Part shown: positions 1 through 9,254 of the stretch, piece after piece
Numbering within the stretch: position 1 is the first letter of the stretch
How the letters are laid out: each line of letters starts with the position of its first letter
Sequence record: MW760841.1
Length of the DNA: 64,000 nt
Strand: one strand, 5' to 3'
The notes under the pieces: model-generated
The model's database searches: none
The model's input: the letters and a program-made list of their open reading frames with translations, nothing else
Told to the model about the DNA's origin: nothing
Translations under genes and position numbers: made by a program

Positions 1-690
1 CAAATCGAGCGCAGTCAACAGCAGAAAGAATTCGACGGAACGTGGTGGAGTAACGAAGCCACCCAGTTGATTATCCTGCCGTACCTGATGTGCCCGAAAG
101 AACAGTTCCATCGTACCCACACTCCGATTGAGCGTATCACGTTGCCTATCTTCGGTACCGATGTGTGCTTCGGGGAAGAGAATATGTCCAGTCCCGTGAT
201 TTGTACCACGGAAGACTTGCCGTATGTCTGGAACCCGGTGCTGTTGCCGTATATCGAACACTGTCGTGTGATTGACCCTACTGGCCAACGTGGGGTGTTC
301 CGCATGGAGCTGTTTGAGAACGGGGCGCGTATCGAGCCACAGTTCTATCACTGGGAAGGGGAGGAGTTTTCCCTGAAGAACCGGGAGATAGATGTCACGA
401 AGAACTACTTCCTGACCGAGCGGGTGATTTACGATTGGCGTGGGCTTGACATGTTCCCACTGTGGCGTTATCCGAAAGCAGCTGAACTGCTCGTCAAATG
501 GTTATTCCCGAAATGGGATACGCCGGACTGGTGGTGGGACTTGCCGGTGTTACCGCCGAGTGTGGTTGATGAAATTGAGAAGCAGACGGTGTATCCGGAG
601 AAAGGGTTGTACCTGACCATCTTCAACACGTCTATTCTGGCTATCCGAGGTGTGAGCGATGTTACAAGCGAAGGGGAAGGGGAACACTAA
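1..690 (+). CDS. hypothetical protein, 5'-truncated (probable virion gene block)
   Basis: Frame is open from base 1 (QIERSQQQKEFDGTWW...) to TAA at 688-690; lies upstream of virion-like genes. Confidence 0.6.
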   Translation, partial: QIERSQQQKEFDGTWWSNEATQLIILPYLMCPKEQFHRTHTPIERITLPIFGTDVCFGEENMSSPVICTTEDLPYVWNPVLLPYIEHCRVIDPTGQRGVFRMELFENGARIEPQFYHWEGEEFSLKNREIDVTKNYFLTERVIYDWRGLDMFPLWRYPKAAELLVKWLFPKWDTPDWWWDLPVLPPSVVDEIEKQTVYPEKGLYLTIFNTSILAIRGVSDVTSEGEGEH

Positions 691-1984
691 GTTTGTTCCC
701 GTGGAGCAGGAAACCCCGGCTCTGAATCAGCCCCAAGACGGGGTGAAAGAAAAAACCAATATCGTCACCAGTCCAGAACGTACCACCGTCATTGACATGG
801 AACGTATCCCGCAACGGCAACTGTTGGCGGTAGTCGAAGGGTCACCCTGGCCGACCGAACGCTGGTATCGGTCACTGAAAGGGAAGAACGATCCGAAGGT
901 GTTGTTTGACCCGAAGGTGGATACCCCCAGTCAGCAGTTCGATTGTATCCGCAACCTTGAGTTGCGGGTCACGCAGGCACTTGACCGCTCGCAGGAAGGC
1001 ACCAACAAAACCTACAGCATGACCGGGGCAGCGACGGTGGTGAACTCGGTACCGGTGAACGAAGGGGACTTCTTCACCGCCTCGATTGGAGACGGGCGTT
1101 TTGGCCTGTTTACCATTACCGCCTCGAACCGTCCGTCGAACAACAAAATCTCGACCTACACGGTTGAGTACGGGATGCTGTACGAAGTGATCCCGTTCCA
1201 TCGTCAGGTGCTGGATACCTGTACGGTGCGAACGTATTACTACATCAAGGAACGGGCGTTCACCGGAGGTGATACGTTACTGACCGAGAAAGAGTACCGT
1301 CGCTTCCTGGAGCTGGGTGAGCGCATTGACAGTATTGAGGAGACGTACGTCAAACGTTTCTACAACGCCGATGCCCAAACCCTGCTGTACCCGAACGATG
1401 TCTGGGGTTACGCCTACGACGTCTTCCTGGCGCTGTTCGTGAAAGCCTTGGGGTTACGTCAGGTTGGGAAAGATATCCGTATCTACCCACACCAGAGGAC
1501 GAATGTGAAGGACGTGGAGACACTGTTCTCCCTCATCATCAAACAAGACCCGTTATTCTTGCAAGATGCCAACCGTCCGAACAAACCGTTCCAGACCCGC
1601 AGCTTCCGTACGCTGCAAGTGGCCAACAACGTGGGCTGGTCGAAAATCTTCGTGACCCGTTTCTTCCAGTCTGACATGCCGCTGAATCAGCAGCTCGGTA
1701 ACTGGGAACCGTTCACGGCGTTTGAGCCTAAACTCTACCCACTCCTCGGGGCAGACGTGCCACTCTTTAATCCGATTACGTACGACCCGTACATCCTCTC
1801 TGAGGAGTTTTACAACGGCTCGTATTCTTCGGTAATTGAGTACGCCCTGCATCTGTATCTGAACAAACAACCGTTAGACAGTGCGATTGCCGCCGAGCTA
1901 GGCGTTGAAGTGCACAAGCTGCCGCGTGACAGTCAATTCTATTACGTGCCGCTGGTCTACGTGCTGTTGAAGCACGCGAGGTAA
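659..1984 (+). CDS. conserved phiKZ-like protein, probable virion structural protein
   Basis: 441-aa ORF in tight operon; position resembles the SPN3US/phiKZ virion block; start uncertain. Confidence 0.55.
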   Translation: MLQAKGKGNTKFVPVEQETPALNQPQDGVKEKTNIVTSPERTTVIDMERIPQRQLLAVVEGSPWPTERWYRSLKGKNDPKVLFDPKVDTPSQQFDCIRNLELRVTQALDRSQEGTNKTYSMTGAATVVNSVPVNEGDFFTASIGDGRFGLFTITASNRPSNNKISTYTVEYGMLYEVIPFHRQVLDTCTVRTYYYIKERAFTGGDTLLTEKEYRRFLELGERIDSIEETYVKRFYNADAQTLLYPNDVWGYAYDVFLALFVKALGLRQVGKDIRIYPHQRTNVKDVETLFSLIIKQDPLFLQDANRPNKPFQTRSFRTLQVANNVGWSKIFVTRFFQSDMPLNQQLGNWEPFTAFEPKLYPLLGADVPLFNPITYDPYILSEEFYNGSYSSVIEYALHLYLNKQPLDSAIAAELGVEVHKLPRDSQFYYVPLVYVLLKHAR

Positions 1985-1986
1985 TC

Positions 1987-2529
1987 ATGCCACAGAAACG
2001 CAGTGCGGCATTCTACTTGTTCCATGCCTGGATAGGTTGGCGGGTGCCGGAATACGTCACCCTCACTCGCTATGCGCGTGAAGAACAAGGGCTCTTCTTG
2101 CCGGAAGACAAGGATAAGGCCAAGGCCATATTGCTCAACAAGAAGTTCGTCATGTACCGTCCATCGGACATTGCCGAATACCTCACCACCGGTGGGGCGC
2201 TTGACATTAACGACCCGAACGACGCGATTAAAGTCTACGGGTGGATAATGGAGCATCTGTCCAATTGGCTACACCACCTGGAGAACCCGCAGATGTTCTT
2301 GCGGCATCCTCCGATGGATGGCCTGCGTAAGTTCAACCGCCTGGCAAACCAGCTGTTCCCGGTCGCTAACCGCTACGGGTATTTTAAGAAGCCGGAAATC
2401 ACCATGTCGGTTGCGCTCCAATCGCTGTTCACACCATCCGTGCGGGTGGAACAAACCCGTCACCGTTTCAACGACACGATTATGCGTCGTCTGGAAGTGG
2501 CCTATCGTCGTCTGGGAGGTAAGAAATGA
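1987..2529 (+). CDS. conserved jumbo-phage hypothetical protein
   Basis: 180 aa, GAGG SD, overlaps next gene (ATGA). Confidence 0.6.
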   Translation: MPQKRSAAFYLFHAWIGWRVPEYVTLTRYAREEQGLFLPEDKDKAKAILLNKKFVMYRPSDIAEYLTTGGALDINDPNDAIKVYGWIMEHLSNWLHHLENPQMFLRHPPMDGLRKFNRLANQLFPVANRYGYFKKPEITMSVALQSLFTPSVRVEQTRHRFNDTIMRRLEVAYRRLGGKK

Positions 2530-3830
2530 TTCCGCGTTTTCAGAAAATCGTGAACTCGCATATCGCCCAGGCTGTTGGGATGCCCGTCCTGAACTACGAT
2601 GCCATTGTCACGGTGAAAGGCAAACCGCTGACCATCATCAAAGTCCACTCGGTGATTAATGCCGGGAACTTTGTGAACGACATGACCGGTCTGGTGCACA
2701 TGACCATCGTGTTGCCATTAACCCAGCAACGAATCGCCACCTCTCGAGCTGACGGTGACTTACGCGTGCAGTTGATTGTCCGTACCGCCAATAAGCTGGT
2801 CGGTATCTTCCCGTATCGCGGGATTGCCATCAGTAACCGTGAGCAGGACATGGAAGCCCCTACCGCCTTTATGGGTGAGTCGGGGGACAAAGCCATTGCC
2901 ATGGTAACGTTTGAGTTAATGGACGAGTCCATGTGGTTTATGCGCACGGCTAACGTGCCGGTGAACTTCCATGACACCGATGCGTTAACGGTGGCGCGTA
3001 CCATTCTCGCCAAAACCATGCCGTCCTCCGGGGCGGACAAAGGTGAGGTGCAGTCGTTGCAGTACGAGGAAGAAGAACAGCAGGGGTACCGTGACATTAT
3101 CCTGCCGGACTCAACCACGTTCCTGGGGGTGTTCGATAAGCTCCAGGAGAACTACGGCATCTACAGCAAAGGCTTGGGCGTTTATCAGCATCTCCGTCGT
3201 TGGTACCTGTTCCAGTTGTACGACATCGAGAAGTTCAATACCGCGAAAGAAAAGCTGGTTGTCATGAACCTGCCGCGTGAGATGTCGGCCCACATCGACA
3301 AGACCATTCACATCACACCGGGTGTGCTCTATCTGATTACGGGCGGTGATAGCCGCACGCTATCGACCCGTGACGAGGATGCGTTGAATGTGGGTACTGG
3401 TTATCGGGTAGGTTCGATTCGTGCGCTTGACGGCCGTTCTACGTCGTTTACGCCGGGGGGCGTCAGTATGACCACCTCGGACAAGTTCGTCTCACAAGCG
3501 AACCCGGTCGATTACGCAGGCAAGATTCAGAATGCCCCGGTGGTCAAAGACCACTTTACCGATAACGACAAACCGCTGCGGGCTAAGTTAGCGCGCACGC
3601 AAGGGACGCTCACCAAAGTCACCTGGAACTATTCCATCCACGGATTGATTAAACCGGGCATGGCGGTGAAGTTCATGTTTGCCAACGAGTTCGGGATGTA
3701 TGCCCGTTACGGTACCGTGCTGGGTGAAGTCTACCAGGCCGGTCTGGACGGTGGTTCCATCGCCACCGGTCGCTACAACACCACCACCGAGTTAACGCTC
3801 TGGCTGGGGGAACAAAAATTTACGGCATAG
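2526..3830 (+). CDS. probable virion (tail/baseplate hub-like) protein
   Basis: 434 aa, beta-rich; ATGA coupling; synteny with phiKZ-like virion genes. Confidence 0.5.
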   Translation: MIPRFQKIVNSHIAQAVGMPVLNYDAIVTVKGKPLTIIKVHSVINAGNFVNDMTGLVHMTIVLPLTQQRIATSRADGDLRVQLIVRTANKLVGIFPYRGIAISNREQDMEAPTAFMGESGDKAIAMVTFELMDESMWFMRTANVPVNFHDTDALTVARTILAKTMPSSGADKGEVQSLQYEEEEQQGYRDIILPDSTTFLGVFDKLQENYGIYSKGLGVYQHLRRWYLFQLYDIEKFNTAKEKLVVMNLPREMSAHIDKTIHITPGVLYLITGGDSRTLSTRDEDALNVGTGYRVGSIRALDGRSTSFTPGGVSMTTSDKFVSQANPVDYAGKIQNAPVVKDHFTDNDKPLRAKLARTQGTLTKVTWNYSIHGLIKPGMAVKFMFANEFGMYARYGTVLGEVYQAGLDGGSIATGRYNTTTELTLWLGEQKFTA

Positions 3831-3842
3831 GCACTCTCTATG
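3819..3842 (+). promoter_or_regulatory. putative nvRNAP-type promoter (TTTACG-N14-TATG)
   Basis: ACG 3822-3824, 14-nt spacer, TATG 3839-3842, upstream of ORF 3872. Confidence 0.55.
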
Positions 3843-3871
3843 TCGAAGCAACCATAAGGACACGTCAAGTA

Positions 3872-4681
3872 ATGAAATCTGTTTTCACTCTCCGTATGCC
3901 TGGACACCTGATTCAGGCAATCGACGCGCACGAAGCCAAAGTCTTTAGCAAGCCTGCCCGCTTGTGGGATCGTATGGCCAAGGCCCTGCCACAGACTGGC
4001 ACCGTCGAACTCATGTACGTGATGGCAACCAACCTCGACCAGACCATCTCTATCATTCACCGTCACGATGGTGAAGAGAAGTGTGTGCGCCTGGCTATCG
4101 CCGATAAAGGTACCGTGGGTAACTTGCTGTTCATTCACTGCATGACCACGCTGCCTCTTTGGATGGCGTTGAGCGGACAGTACGAATTTGACTACATCTA
4201 CTACTACCACCAGAAACTGGCGGAGAATCTGGTTGTGGGCGATCCTTCTACGTACCCACGTTACGTAGAGCGTATCACCCCGCAGATTGCTTCCGAAGTG
4301 GAAAGTGAGCTGGAAGGTGAAGCCGAATGGAACATGTACCGCTTCCTGAAGATTGGTGAATCCCGTGACCCACAGAACACCGTGGCCTTGCGTGCGGTTG
4401 CGCGTTATGTCGCCCGTTCCGTGTCGCGTGAACTGTCCACCAACTTCAACGAAGTGTATCCGGTGGTGCAGTACGGTAACGTAATCACCTTCAACTCGTA
4501 CATTCCCCATCCGGCTCAGATTCTGGGGCCGTTCGATAATGAATGCACTTTGCCAGTCGCAGAAGACTACGGTCTGTACGCGAAGGACGCCGTTCACGCT
4601 GTCAGTGAAGAGCGTTTAGTCATTCATGCATTGAATGGCATGAGTGAACCTGATGTGCCGTATCTGACACAGCAGGGCTAA
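3872..4681 (+). CDS. hypothetical protein
   Basis: 269-aa ORF, AAGGA upstream. Confidence 0.65.
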   Translation: MKSVFTLRMPGHLIQAIDAHEAKVFSKPARLWDRMAKALPQTGTVELMYVMATNLDQTISIIHRHDGEEKCVRLAIADKGTVGNLLFIHCMTTLPLWMALSGQYEFDYIYYYHQKLAENLVVGDPSTYPRYVERITPQIASEVESELEGEAEWNMYRFLKIGESRDPQNTVALRAVARYVARSVSRELSTNFNEVYPVVQYGNVITFNSYIPHPAQILGPFDNECTLPVAEDYGLYAKDAVHAVSEERLVIHALNGMSEPDVPYLTQQG

Positions 4682-4688
4682 GGATCAG

Positions 4689-4721
4689 CCTGGCCTCCTC
4701 GTGAGGTCAGGTATTCTTATT
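4689..4721 (+). terminator. putative intrinsic terminator
   Basis: CCTGGCCTC/GAGGTCAGG stem, weak T-rich tail. Confidence 0.45.
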
Positions 4722-4825
4722 AAAAAACGTCCCTGGGGGCAGGAGATGTTTTTTCAGGTATTTCATCGTCTTAATGACGTAAGTCGCTCAGAGAGCTTCT
4801 GAGAGCGTTTTAGAGGGTATTACGC

Positions 4826-5236
4826 ATGAGCAAGCGGAACTTAAAGCATTTAGAAATCCCACAGCACACTTTACCACCGTTTACGTTCGTCCCGGACCGG
4901 AAGACCGACCGTCAGATTGCGGAAGGAAAATGTGACAACATTCCTCGTATTCAGGAGTTCATTCATCGCCGACGGCGGCAGATGATTATTCATTCGGTTA
5001 TCTACTATCGGATGGATGATTCGATTATCAGTGACTACACCTGGCAGGATTGGGCGAACGAATTGCGGGACGTGCAGAATCGGTGGCCGGAGTTAAAGGC
5101 CATGGGTTATCACGATGATTTGTTTGAGGAATGGGATGGGTCGACGGGGATGCATTTAGACCTGGTGCAGTATTACTCTCAGGCACAACGTATCCTGGGA
5201 TATCACCGTGAAAAGCACGGCGAGCTGCTACTTTGA
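4826..5236 (+). CDS. stand-alone NAD-dependent DNA ligase domain Ia-like protein
   Basis: IYYRMDDSIISDYTWQDWANELRDVQ matches the LigA Ia pattern YY-x2-D-x2-ISD-x5-EL; no adenylation domain follows. Confidence 0.6.
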   Translation: MSKRNLKHLEIPQHTLPPFTFVPDRKTDRQIAEGKCDNIPRIQEFIHRRRRQMIIHSVIYYRMDDSIISDYTWQDWANELRDVQNRWPELKAMGYHDDLFEEWDGSTGMHLDLVQYYSQAQRILGYHREKHGELLL

Positions 5237-5289
5237 TTAAAAAAGATTTCAGATATATATTACCTAGGTGAGATTAGAGTATTAATCTT
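5235..5289 (+). promoter_or_regulatory. putative early (virion RNAP) promoter, 55-bp repeat copy 1
   Basis: Contains TATATTAC, the phiKZ early consensus; 54/55 identical to 58012-58066. Confidence 0.75.
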
Positions 5290-5324
5290 AAATTAATCAT
5301 TCAATTTTACCTGGGGATTACATC

Positions 5325-5513
5325 ATGCCTAACGACGCACTGAACACTATGGCCCGTATCGAAGCAGCCCGTAAAGCCCGTATCACTGAAACCAATTCCA
5401 TGGGTCATCAGTCTGAAGCACTGCGTACCAGCACCAACACGCTGACCAGCAGCTTCCAACGTGGAAACGTGGCTGACCGTAATCTGGCCAATGCCATGGC
5501 TCGTCTGAAGTAA
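5325..5513 (+). CDS. small early protein
   Basis: 62 aa directly downstream of the early promoter; codon usage like highly expressed genes. Confidence 0.65.
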   Translation: MPNDALNTMARIEAARKARITETNSMGHQSEALRTSTNTLTSSFQRGNVADRNLANAMARLK

Positions 5514-5545
5514 TTCCCCCTATTCGACTATCAAGGAATATTATC

Positions 5546-6097
5546 ATGAAAACTGCACCTCGCTCTGTAATCAACTTCGGTACCACCATCGTTGAAGTCA
5601 TCACTCCTAAATTCTCCCCGTTCGTGGTCACTGTCACTGACCGTGGCGTGACCATTAACCATGGCGATACCGTCATCGCTCAGAAACACATCCACAATGT
5701 GATGGACAACATTGAACTGAATATCCAGGTCGCCCTGGATACCGCATACCGTCAAGCAATGCTGCACCTGGCATTCAATGACCGCTTCACTCTGCAAGCG
5801 CTGTACCGTCATCTGGTACGTGTGACCACCGAAGGTATGGTGGAACCAGAAAACATCAATGATGTCGCGGGTCAGATTACCGCCATCATGAAAATGACCA
5901 AACGTGCTAACGACGTCAATACGGTCATGATTAGTGAGACTGAGCTGGACAATCCAGAAGAGTCACAGTTCGACTTGGTACTGCGCCACGACGGTGAAAT
6001 CTTCACTGCGAACGGCAGCGCCTTCCAGATTGAACTGGCGAACATCTTAACTGGACTGCCGGTACTCGGTCGCCCAGAACTGTCTGAAACCAACTAA
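5546..6097 (+). CDS. hypothetical early protein
   Basis: 183 aa; GACTATCAAGGA RBS. Confidence 0.7.
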   Translation: MKTAPRSVINFGTTIVEVITPKFSPFVVTVTDRGVTINHGDTVIAQKHIHNVMDNIELNIQVALDTAYRQAMLHLAFNDRFTLQALYRHLVRVTTEGMVEPENINDVAGQITAIMKMTKRANDVNTVMISETELDNPEESQFDLVLRHDGEIFTANGSAFQIELANILTGLPVLGRPELSETN

Positions 6098-6155
6098 TAA
6101 AAACTCGGGGGTCACATGGCCCCCAACTTAACTTCGACTATCAAGGACTACTATC

Positions 6156-6296
6156 ATGACTATCATTCACAAACGTGCTATCATCACCATCGCTGTTGTT
6201 GTCGCTCTGGCGTGCTCTTACATCACCCTGAACAAAGACTACAACAAATGCCTGGACAACGGCAACTCTGTAGCTCAGTGCACAGGACGTGGCTAA
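6156..6296 (+). CDS. 46-aa membrane peptide (absent from ORF track)
   Basis: AAGGA SD; MTIIHKRAIITIAVVVALACSYITLNKDYNKCLDNGNSVAQCTGRG; stop overlaps next ATG (TAATG). Confidence 0.7.
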   Translation: MTIIHKRAIITIAVVVALACSYITLNKDYNKCLDNGNSVAQCTGRG

Positions 6297-6478
6297 TGGA
6301 ACTGGACTTCGACAAACCAAGCGTACGCCTCTCATCCATGACAGGCTCCTGGGTCAGTATCCCACACCCAGACCGTATTCCGCAAATCGAGGACGACACC
6401 GTTCTCGTTACTGCTACCATTTGTAATCCCGTTGAGCATATCCGCTCAGCGTTACTTCCGTTCCAGGAACTCTATTAA
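6296..6478 (+). CDS. 60-aa hypothetical protein
   Basis: MELDFDKPSV...; coupled to upstream peptide; followed by terminator. Confidence 0.6.
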   Translation: MELDFDKPSVRLSSMTGSWVSIPHPDRIPQIEDDTVLVTATICNPVEHIRSALLPFQELY

Positions 6479-6479
6479 G

Positions 6480-6504
6480 CCACCTTCGGGTGGTTTTATT
6501 TTTT
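6480..6504 (+). terminator. intrinsic terminator
   Basis: CCACC-TTCG-GGTGG plus T tract. Confidence 0.75.
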
Positions 6505-6527
6505 GTTATCCCACAAGGACAAATACC

Positions 6528-7256
6528 ATGTTAACACTCGCTCACTTTAATCCATCCGTCACCTTTCCGAAACTGAAAGGCGAATACGTCGACCTCGTCG
6601 CCACCGAAAACTTTAAGATCCAACGTGTGGTCACGGAGAACACTGTGTACTTCCTCGGCCTGTTGAAAGACGTCGGTGTTGCAGGCTCTAGCTGCCAGAA
6701 CAACAAAGAGAGTTATCCAAAGGTCTTCGCTGAAGACAATATGCGCTCGGGTTACAGCACCATCAGTCACCTGATGTCGTACGTCGTTTGCATGGTGCAC
6801 GATATTCAGCAACGTATCGCCTATCTGGGCGAACTGATTGAAATGACGCGTCAGTTAAACGACATGCCCGACTACGAAGAAGACCGCGTGAAGGCGCGTC
6901 TGGTGGCTGACCCGAAAGACACCAAGCTGACACCGAACGCACCAATTTCTGAAAACGAAACCATTATCGTGGCCAGCGAACTCTGGCATGTGCACCCAAT
7001 CATGAGTTCCCACTCCGCTTCCGGCAAGTACGAAGGTATCGGCCTGACCGTCACGGCCCACTGGGGCGTGGAGAAAGTCCGTTACTTTATCAGCCTGGAG
7101 CGTAACAACTACAAACTCGGCACCTTCATCGACGTTGGCTTCGAAGATGAAAACACCGTGAAGCTCGTCAACGAAAAACTGGAAGAGTTCAACGCTATCC
7201 AGGAGTTCATCCCATTCGCACCTGAGGAAGAAAATGCAACTGAAGAAGAAGTATAA
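6528..7256 (+). CDS. hypothetical protein
   Basis: AAGGA SD before ATG 6528 (MLTLAHF); acidic C-terminus. Confidence 0.7.
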   Translation: MLTLAHFNPSVTFPKLKGEYVDLVATENFKIQRVVTENTVYFLGLLKDVGVAGSSCQNNKESYPKVFAEDNMRSGYSTISHLMSYVVCMVHDIQQRIAYLGELIEMTRQLNDMPDYEEDRVKARLVADPKDTKLTPNAPISENETIIVASELWHVHPIMSSHSASGKYEGIGLTVTAHWGVEKVRYFISLERNNYKLGTFIDVGFEDENTVKLVNEKLEEFNAIQEFIPFAPEEENATEEEV

Positions 7257-7563
7257 GACTGTACTGGCTCGCCTAAAGAACAAGCTGTTCGGACGTAAAC
7301 GTAATCACCTGATTGAACCGTACACGGTGTGGACGGATAGAAACATCTGTGGCCAGACGGTCAGCTATCGTAAAGTGTACTACTGGTACGGTCGCAAGAA
7401 CTCACCCTTCCATCGTAAGTATCGCAAGGGGATTCAAATCACGGGAAAAGGAATCCTGGATTTCGAATCCATCGAAAGCTACATCAACAATGTCTGCATG
7501 ACCACGTTCATGGATGACAATGCTATCTGCGCGAATGACTGCGCAGAGATTGCCGCAGCGTAA
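7234..7563 (+). CDS. basic hypothetical protein
   Basis: 109 aa, overlaps upstream stop, followed by terminator. Confidence 0.55.
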   Translation: MQLKKKYKTVLARLKNKLFGRKRNHLIEPYTVWTDRNICGQTVSYRKVYYWYGRKNSPFHRKYRKGIQITGKGILDFESIESYINNVCMTTFMDDNAICANDCAEIAAA

Positions 7564-7576
7564 AAAAATATACTGG

Positions 7577-7666
7577 CTCATCCTCCGCAAGGGGGATGAG
7601 TTGGTACTACTTATTTTTTTTTGTGCCAATACGCATAACTCCCCTGTGCCGACCCGAAGGTCGGCA
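7577..7666. terminator. twin hairpins between convergent genes
   Basis: CTCATCCTCC-GCAA-GGGGGATGAG (7577-7600) with T run; TGCCGACC-CGAA-GGTCGGCA (7647-7666, TTCG loop on - strand). Confidence 0.7.
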
Positions 7667-7675
7667 GATGGCTCT

Positions 7676-9241
7676 TTAGCCAAACAGGTCGTCGCCCATA
7701 CCACCGGTAAAGTGGTTTATGCTTGAAGCTGATACTGTCATTTCTTTGTCGCAATCCCAGGGTAAAATCCCTACGTCAGCAAAAGGTAAAACGGTATAGT
7801 GATATTTTTCAGGGGTGTCAATAATCGTACGGTGTTTCCCACGCTGCACTTCGAGGAAGCTGTGACCACTTACAACGCGCTTGTTGAAGTAGAACTCACC
7901 ATCGGCCTCGTTATCCAAACTGGTACAGGTGTCGTACAGACCACGACCGGGCAGGTTCTTACAAAAACCAACAGGGTCAGCAGCCTTCAATCGTTTCCCT
8001 TCTGGGGAAATCTGGTGTGGTGCCAGCAGGAAGCCGTGGTTACGGACTACCTGGATGTTACGCGCGATACGGTAGATTTCTTTGATATCGCTACCCACGA
8101 TACCGTTACCGTGTCCGGCTTTGTTAATCGTGCCGAGGTAGTCAGCACGCATTCCAACCACATGGAAGCCTTCGCGTTTGTAATCACTAATCAGGTCGTT
8201 CAGGTAATGCACTTTGAAATCGGTGTTGGTGTGTTTCTCGAAAGAGTATTCCCAACCGTTTGCACGAATCTTGTCGACCAGGTAGTTTGCCATGTAAGCG
8301 ACGTGTGCTTGACGTTCTTCTTCGGTGGCAGACTCCGGCAGAGTCATGGTCGGTGCACGGCCTTCAAAGTGACCGTAGATTGCCTGGTATGCGTAGGCAA
8401 TATTTACATCCAGTTCGTTCTCGAGAGACAGGTCGAGAATCAACGGCATCAAGTCGCCCTTCACATCCGCCATGACTTTCTCAGGCGTATTGAACAATGG
8501 TATAGAGATAGCCGTTAACAAACTAAACAGCGATTTGCAGTTAAAGGGTAACGCAGGCATCAGCCAAAGTTCTTCGGTGATTCCGTTGTTACAGCCGGTC
8601 ATTTGGTTCACGGCTTTCCAGCCGGTACGCAGACCGTTACCTGCCACCTTCTTGTTAATGTCCGCAAACTTCTTCACAAATGGGGCACGGTTCGTTGTAA
8701 TTAATTTGCCAACTTGTGAAGGAATCTTATTATGAGGACGTTCACTGAACGTGGTTAACGATCCTTGGAGTTCGCCAATCGCTGTTAGCAAGTCCACACG
8801 GGACTCTGTGCCGTTCAGTACGCCGAGGGTGCGCCCTAGCTTTTGCTTCAACTGAACGCCTTGCAATGCTTGACGCAATTGGAAATAGCAATCCTGCTGC
8901 TGCTTGGTGAAGAAGTCTTCTAACTCTTCTTCCTTGGTTGGGACACCGTCCTCCAGGAATCTCTGTATCGTATCGTATAGAGAGCCGGTTTGCGTAGTAG
9001 CGAGTTTAATTCGCTTCATGACGGTGCTGTGTTGATACTTCATCCCGCCGTCAATGATTAATGTAATAATGTCCTTGATCTCAGCTAACGCTGATCGCTC
9101 ATCGCTGTCGTCGATATACTCCGGCAGCTTCACCTCAAGCAAAACTTTTCTTATGACGTCATGATCTTTCGTCGCGTCAGTCATAAAGCTTTCTGCGTAG
9201 AGGGTGGCCAAGGCTGTTATCAACATCATTTTACTATTCAT
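7676..9241 (-). CDS. dnaB: DnaB-like replicative helicase (phiKZ gp118-like)
   Basis: GLRTGWKAVNQMTG, variant Walker A (ALPFNCKS), DLSLEN, ADYLG, APHQIS, QRGKHR arginine finger; divergent from the capsid operon as in phiKZ-like phages. Confidence 0.85.
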   Translation of the reverse strand: MNSKMMLITALATLYAESFMTDATKDHDVIRKVLLEVKLPEYIDDSDERSALAEIKDIITLIIDGGMKYQHSTVMKRIKLATTQTGSLYDTIQRFLEDGVPTKEEELEDFFTKQQQDCYFQLRQALQGVQLKQKLGRTLGVLNGTESRVDLLTAIGELQGSLTTFSERPHNKIPSQVGKLITTNRAPFVKKFADINKKVAGNGLRTGWKAVNQMTGCNNGITEELWLMPALPFNCKSLFSLLTAISIPLFNTPEKVMADVKGDLMPLILDLSLENELDVNIAYAYQAIYGHFEGRAPTMTLPESATEEERQAHVAYMANYLVDKIRANGWEYSFEKHTNTDFKVHYLNDLISDYKREGFHVVGMRADYLGTINKAGHGNGIVGSDIKEIYRIARNIQVVRNHGFLLAPHQISPEGKRLKAADPVGFCKNLPGRGLYDTCTSLDNEADGEFYFNKRVVSGHSFLEVQRGKHRTIIDTPEKYHYTVLPFADVGILPWDCDKEMTVSASSINHFTGGMGDDLFG

Positions 9242-9254
9242 GGAGCATCCTTCA

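Noticed and set aside
3773-4597. Other long antisense ORFs (e.g. 3773-4597, 7799-8518, 46861-47757, 17191-17796)
   Set aside because: They are shadows of well-supported genes on the opposite strand, with no RBS or motifs.
4785-4808. Imperfect inverted repeat CTCAGA/TCTGAG upstream of the LigA-Ia gene
   Set aside because: Short stem, single occurrence, no T tract; cannot be distinguished from chance.
6156-6296. Lipoprotein (o-spanin-like) call for the 46-aa peptide
   Set aside because: ALAC is a poor lipobox (Ala at -3) and the gene is in an early cassette, not nested in an i-spanin.
6116-6478. 120-aa ORF from the track
   Set aside because: The N-terminal half is an off-frame reading (HYHH/CC-rich). 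The SD positions support two genes, 6156-6296 and 6296-6478.
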